DNA of 64,000 nt from Oscillospiraceae bacterium (GTDB taxonomy: Bacteria > Bacillota > Clostridia > Oscillospirales > UBA929): assembly GCA_031556185.1 (NCBI GenBank), contig JAVBTN010000005.1:103888-167887 (forward strand). The letters are read 5' to 3'. Shown piece after piece: positions 60,136 through 64,000 of this stretch. Made by a program: the position numbers and the translations under genes. The notes under the pieces were generated by a model. That model did not search any database and was not told the DNA's origin. It saw only the letters and a list, made by a program, of their open reading frames with translations. Positions within the stretch are counted from its first letter, which is position 1. Each line of letters starts with the position of its first letter.

Positions 60136-61598
60136 GCCGCCCGCATAAAAATGCGCGCCATGTGGTCGTAGCAGTCGTGGTTTTTGTCGTGTTGTGCGGC
60201 GTCTTTGCCTTTCTTCGACTTATGCCGCCGCCCGCGCCGCCCGGCGACGAAACGCCGCCGCCCTCGGACAACGTTCTTGAGACGCTGGCGGACATATCGC
60301 CGGATACGCTGCGCACGTTTCGCTGTGTGCGCGCAGACGGGCGTGGATACGCCGTCACATTGTCACAGGGGCAGGAGGGGGTGTCCTACATCGTGAACCC
60401 GGCCTTCGCGCCATTTGCTTACCGCGAGAGTGAACTGGCGGCCCTGTCCGAATTGTTTGCAGGACTATCGGCGCGCCTTGTCGTAGACAGTCCGGACGCC
60501 GCGCGTCTGGCGGAGTACGGGTTGGACGAGCCGCAAGCGGTTTGGACGGCGACCGGGGCGAAGACCGTTACCCTGTCGCTTGGGAATCCGACGCCCATGG
60601 CAGACGGCTATTACGCGCAGGTCACAGGAAAAACCGGGGTGTATCAAATACCGATAGCGGCGGGACAGGCGCTTGCGCGCACCGAAGCCGACCTGCGCGA
60701 TCTCCGGCTCCTGCCGACCATCAGTCAGGACAATGTAACGGAGACTGTCGGCGCCATCCGCGTGGTGGGGAAAAAAACGTATGCGCTACGTGTGCTCTCG
60801 CCCGAGGAGGCAGGCCAAAGTGATGTGCGGTTTTCCGCCTATGAGCTCACTGAACCCATCATTTTCGGCACCAACGACTACTATGTCAACAAACAGGTTA
60901 TTGCGCCGCTGGCGGCTATCGCCCCGTCAAAGGTGGTCGAGGACCATCCAAAGGACCTGGCGCCCTATGGACTTGATCAACCGTCAAAGTTGGAGTTGAC
61001 CGGCCCGCAGGGAGATAAAACCGTGCTGCTCATTGGACGGAAGGACAAGGAGGCGGGCGGCCGATATATCATGTATGAGGGTGTCGACAGTGTGTTGCTG
61101 GACACCGCGGGCACCTATTTGTTTTTGGAGACGGACTATGAGAGTCTGATGAGCGAACTGCTGTGGCTGCACAATATCACATCGCTCACGCAGGTGTCGT
61201 TGGTGACGCCTGACGACGTGTGGTTGCTGGAATTCCACTATGAGGACAGCGGTGAGGATCAGACCATGCATCCTACGCTACGCAGCATGTCCGGCACATT
61301 TAACCGCGAGATATCTGAGGACAACGCCAAACGGCTGTACCAGCGTGTGCTTGGGCTGACACTGTCCAAGCTGTTGGCCGCGCCGCCGCCCGAAGGCGCG
61401 TCCCCCGCCTATCTGTGCACGCTGGAAAAGCAGGATGGCTCATCGCATACGATGACCCTTTACCCTTACAACGAAAGACTGTATGCCGCCAGCTTGGACG
61501 GAGAGCCTGCTGTTTTCGGCATCGGCGTGCCGGACATTGACAAGCTGGAGGAGGCCATCGCCACTGTTCAGCGAGGAGAGGAGATACCCTACCAATGA
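60111..61598 (+). CDS. DUF4340-like membrane-anchored protein
   Basis: N-terminal TM helix (VVVAVVVFVVLCGVFAFL) followed by a large beta-rich extracytoplasmic region. It overlaps the gldG-like 3' end. The family name comes from recollection of this conserved four-gene module. Confidence 0.6.
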   Translation: MAKEATPVSRPHKNARHVVVAVVVFVVLCGVFAFLRLMPPPAPPGDETPPPSDNVLETLADISPDTLRTFRCVRADGRGYAVTLSQGQEGVSYIVNPAFAPFAYRESELAALSELFAGLSARLVVDSPDAARLAEYGLDEPQAVWTATGAKTVTLSLGNPTPMADGYYAQVTGKTGVYQIPIAAGQALARTEADLRDLRLLPTISQDNVTETVGAIRVVGKKTYALRVLSPEEAGQSDVRFSAYELTEPIIFGTNDYYVNKQVIAPLAAIAPSKVVEDHPKDLAPYGLDQPSKLELTGPQGDKTVLLIGRKDKEAGGRYIMYEGVDSVLLDTAGTYLFLETDYESLMSELLWLHNITSLTQVSLVTPDDVWLLEFHYEDSGEDQTMHPTLRSMSGTFNREISEDNAKRLYQRVLGLTLSKLLAAPPPEGASPAYLCTLEKQDGSSHTMTLYPYNERLYAASLDGEPAVFGIGVPDIDKLEEAIATVQRGEEIPYQ

Positions 61599-61613
61599 CA
61601 AGTGAGGTGCTCT

Positions 61614-62981
61614 ATGAATGACACCATAGCGGCGCTGGCCACCCCGCCGGCAGCTGGGGCCATCGGCATCATCCGCCTGAGCGGCGCGGAAGCCGTCGCC
61701 ACAGCCGCGCATGTTTTTTCTCCATACAGTCAGGTGCCGCTGGGAGAAGCGGCGGCGCGCATGATGATATTGGGCGCTGTGCGCGACCAGGCAGGGCATG
61801 TGCTTGACGAGGCGCTGGCGGTTGTATTCCGCGCGCCTGACAGCTACACCGGGGAGGACGTGGTGGAACTGCACTGCCACGGCTCACCACCTGTGCTGCG
61901 GGAAACGCTGCACGCGCTGTACGAGCAGGGCGCCCGCCCGGCGAAGCCTGGCGAGTTCACCAAGCGGGCCTTTTTGCATGGCCGCATGGATCTGACGCAA
62001 GCCGAGGCGGTCATCGACCTGATCACAGCCGAGACGGCCGACGCGGCGCGAAACGCCGCCGGGCAGCTTGGCGGCGCCGTGCGGAAGGAGATTGAGGCCG
62101 TTTGGCAGCAGGTCACCGACCTCTGTGCCCACTTCAGCGCGCTGGTGGACTATCCGGAGGAGGACATCGACCCGCTGCCGGAGGCTTTGATGGCAGAACT
62201 CCTGCTCAGCGCGTCTCAGTCGTTGGCGGCGCTTGAGGCGACATACGCGCGCGGCAAAATGCTGCGGGAGGGCGTTTCTTGCGCCATCATCGGGCGGCCC
62301 AACGTGGGCAAGTCTTCTCTGCTCAATGCGCTGCTGGGGTACGAACGCGCCATTGTCAACGACAGACCGGGCACCACGCGAGACACACTGGAAGAGTCGG
62401 TGCACATGGGCGGCGTCTGGCTCAAAGTAACTGACACGGCGGGATTGCGGGAGACCGACGACACCATAGAGAACATGGGCGTCGCGCGGGCGCGTATGGC
62501 CGCGCACAACGCAGGCTTGATCTTTCTTGTGCTGGACGGTTCCTCTCCGCTCACGGAGGAGGACCGCGCCGTCATGGATCAAATCAGAGGCATCCCCACG
62601 GTCGTGCTTGTCAACAAATCGGATCTGTCACAACAGTTGGATCATAACGCCGTGGAGGCCGCCTTTTTGTATGTGTGCTCCGTCAGCGCCGTCAAGGGGA
62701 CGGGGCTGGACACGCTGGACTCCATTGTCAGGCGCATCTTTGAAACGGGGGCCGCCGCTTACGACGGCAGTGTGCTGACCAATGCCCGTCACGCCGACCA
62801 GGTGGCGCGCGCGTCGCGCGCGCTCGGCGAGGCGGCCGCCGCCATCCGACGCGGGATGACGCCCGACGCGGTGCTCGGGGAACTGGAAAGCGCGTTGACG
62901 TGTTTGGGAGAGATCACAGGCCGCTGCATCTCCGAAGAGATTATAACACGGGTGTTTGAACGCTTTTGCGTCGGGAAATAG
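61614..62981 (+). CDS. mnmE: tRNA modification GTPase MnmE
   Basis: N-terminus DTIAALATPPAAGAIGIIRLSG, G-domain GRPNVGKSSLLNAL / DTAGLRE / NKSD, and the C-terminal FCVGK motif. Confidence 0.95.
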   Translation: MNDTIAALATPPAAGAIGIIRLSGAEAVATAAHVFSPYSQVPLGEAAARMMILGAVRDQAGHVLDEALAVVFRAPDSYTGEDVVELHCHGSPPVLRETLHALYEQGARPAKPGEFTKRAFLHGRMDLTQAEAVIDLITAETADAARNAAGQLGGAVRKEIEAVWQQVTDLCAHFSALVDYPEEDIDPLPEALMAELLLSASQSLAALEATYARGKMLREGVSCAIIGRPNVGKSSLLNALLGYERAIVNDRPGTTRDTLEESVHMGGVWLKVTDTAGLRETDDTIENMGVARARMAAHNAGLIFLVLDGSSPLTEEDRAVMDQIRGIPTVVLVNKSDLSQQLDHNAVEAAFLYVCSVSAVKGTGLDTLDSIVRRIFETGAAAYDGSVLTNARHADQVARASRALGEAAAAIRRGMTPDAVLGELESALTCLGEITGRCISEEIITRVFERFCVGK

Positions 62982-63016
62982 CATCGTTTTTTACCACAGA
63001 GACGCGCAATTTTTCG

Positions 63017-63044
63017 TTTACATTTATAAGTAGTATGGTATAAT
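63017..63044 (+). promoter_or_regulatory. sigma-A-type promoter for rubredoxin
   Basis: TTTACA (63017-63022), N16, TATAAT (63039-63044) with a TG-extended -10. Confidence 0.6.
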
Positions 63045-63076
63045 CATCATACTACACACGGAAAGGAGCGGGGAAC

Positions 63077-63235
63077 ATGAAAGAATTTGTTTGCACCCTT
63101 TGTGGTTTTGTCTATCGCGAGGAGGATGGGTATCCGGACGCAGGCATCGCCCCCGGTACGCTCTGGACGGATGTTCCGAACGACTTTGTATGCCCGACAT
63201 GCGGCGCGGGCAAAGACATGTTTGAAGAAGCATAA
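63077..63235 (+). CDS. rubredoxin (52 aa)
   Basis: Not in the supplied ORF track. Hand translation gives MKEFVCTLCGFVYREEDGYPDAGIAPGTLWTDVPNDFVCPTCGAGKDMFEEA, with two CxxCG knuckles and the conserved W and F residues. RBS is GAAAGGAG. Confidence 0.92.
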   Translation: MKEFVCTLCGFVYREEDGYPDAGIAPGTLWTDVPNDFVCPTCGAGKDMFEEA

Positions 63236-63262
63236 ACAATACCGCACGCAGCGAGAAGTGGA

Positions 63263-63295
63263 AAAGGGCGCCCCGGCTGTACCGGGGCGCCCTTT
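63263..63295. terminator. bidirectional terminator between rubredoxin and sepF
   Basis: 14-bp stem AAAGGGCGCCCCGG/CCGGGGCGCCCTTT with a 5-nt loop. Confidence 0.8.
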
Positions 63296-63397
63296 GTATC
63301 TATCCTGCACGCGCAAAAAAGGTGTACAAAAATAAAGGGAGGTCAGTTCGCTCCCTGCAAAACAGCCTGGACACTCTTTTGGCAAAAAACAGTACGG

Positions 63398-63817
63398 TTA
63401 GAAATAGAGTCCGTTGTTCTCGAGTTCATCAATCAGATCACCCAAAATATCCACATTGTAGGGCGTGATGATGTATGTACTGTTGGCTACGCGCTTGATC
63501 TTGCCGTCCTGCGCATAGGCGACGCCCGAAATAAAGTCCACCAGACGGCGGGCGATCTCCTTGTTGGCGGACTCCAGGTTGAGAACCACCGTGCGTTTTT
63601 CCCGCAGATGATCAGCCACCTCGGGTGCGGCGTCAAAGCGCTCGGGTTTCACTAACACGACCTGAAGCTGTGTGGTGGTGTGAATGTTGACAACCTTGTC
63701 CTGCCGAGTGTCTCCGGCAGTGGGGACGCTTTCGCGACGGGGAATGAATTCTTCAAATTCATCCTCATCTTCGGAATATGGCTTCGCCAGCCGTTTGAGT
63801 TCGTCCAAAAGACCCAT
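63398..63817 (-). CDS. sepF: cell division protein SepF
   Basis: An acidic N-terminal region followed by a conserved C-terminal domain (VVLVKPERFDAAPEVADHLREKRTVVLNLE...ARRLVDFISGVAYAQDGKIKRV). A YggS-type gene lies upstream, as in ylmE-sepF clusters. Confidence 0.9.
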   Translation of the reverse strand: MGLLDELKRLAKPYSEDEDEFEEFIPRRESVPTAGDTRQDKVVNIHTTTQLQVVLVKPERFDAAPEVADHLREKRTVVLNLESANKEIARRLVDFISGVAYAQDGKIKRVANSTYIITPYNVDILGDLIDELENNGLYF

Positions 63818-63853
63818 ATATTCTATCCTCCCGTAGTTAATGAATGGTCAATG

Positions 63854-64000
63854 TTACGCCATTGGGGCAGAGTATGCGCGCGCGCCGAACAAAGCGGTTC
63901 CGATACGAACCATGGTGGAGCCGGCACGGACAGCCCATTCAAAGTCGTCACTCATGCCCATGGACAAAATATCCATACTGACATTATCCACGTTTTTATG
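63854..64000 (-). CDS. YggS/YlmE-family PLP-binding protein (3' end only; continues beyond window)
   Basis: The minus strand translates to ...[40 protein letters not shown], the conserved YggS C-terminus (LSMGMS.D...A...G.T.VRIG...FG). Confidence 0.85.
   Translation of the reverse strand, partial: HKNVDNVSMDILSMGMSDDFEWAVRAGSTMVRIGTALFGARAYSAPMA

Overview
High-GC (roughly 58-60% by eye) chromosomal segment from a spore-forming, flagellated Firmicute. The EF-Tu, RpoB and PPDK sequences and the gene content look Clostridia/Oscillospirales-like, but that is inference and no search was run. The window is mostly core housekeeping genes. These include prfA-sua5-coaE, trmB, typA, ppdK, the rpoB-rpoC-L7Ae-rpsL-rpsG-fusA-tuf cluster, rsmI, comM/yifB, mnmE and sepF/yggS. 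Interspersed are two separate late-flagellar loci (fliD-fliS-fliT-like near 8-10.5 kb, fliC at 52-53.5 kb), each with a sigma-D/FliA-type promoter. Other elements are an FMN riboswitch driving ribU, a CotF-type spore-coat gene pair, a heterodimeric ABC exporter pair, an OmpR/HK two-component system, a TipA-like MerR regulator, an Rrf2-thpR-nifS string and a GldA/F/G-like ABC plus DUF4340-like four-gene module. I found no rRNA, tRNA, CRISPR array, transposase, integrase, prophage or recognisable defence genes. I did not find a convincing novel multi-gene system. The most unusual item is a signal-peptide-bearing protein built from four 213-bp tandem coding repeats, split into two same-frame ORFs by a single in-frame TAG at 11060-11062. 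Other leads are a divergent pair of small paralogous proteins (27.2-27.9 kb), a small hydrophilic ORF followed by a perfect 21-bp-stem hairpin (7.5-7.8 kb), a histidine-phosphatase/GNAT fusion, and two small redox genes (ferredoxin, rubredoxin) absent from the supplied ORF track. Many long ORFs in the track are antisense shadow ORFs, or carry N-terminal extensions that I trimmed using RBS position and family N-termini. All family calls rest on motif recognition from the translations. No database search was possible.
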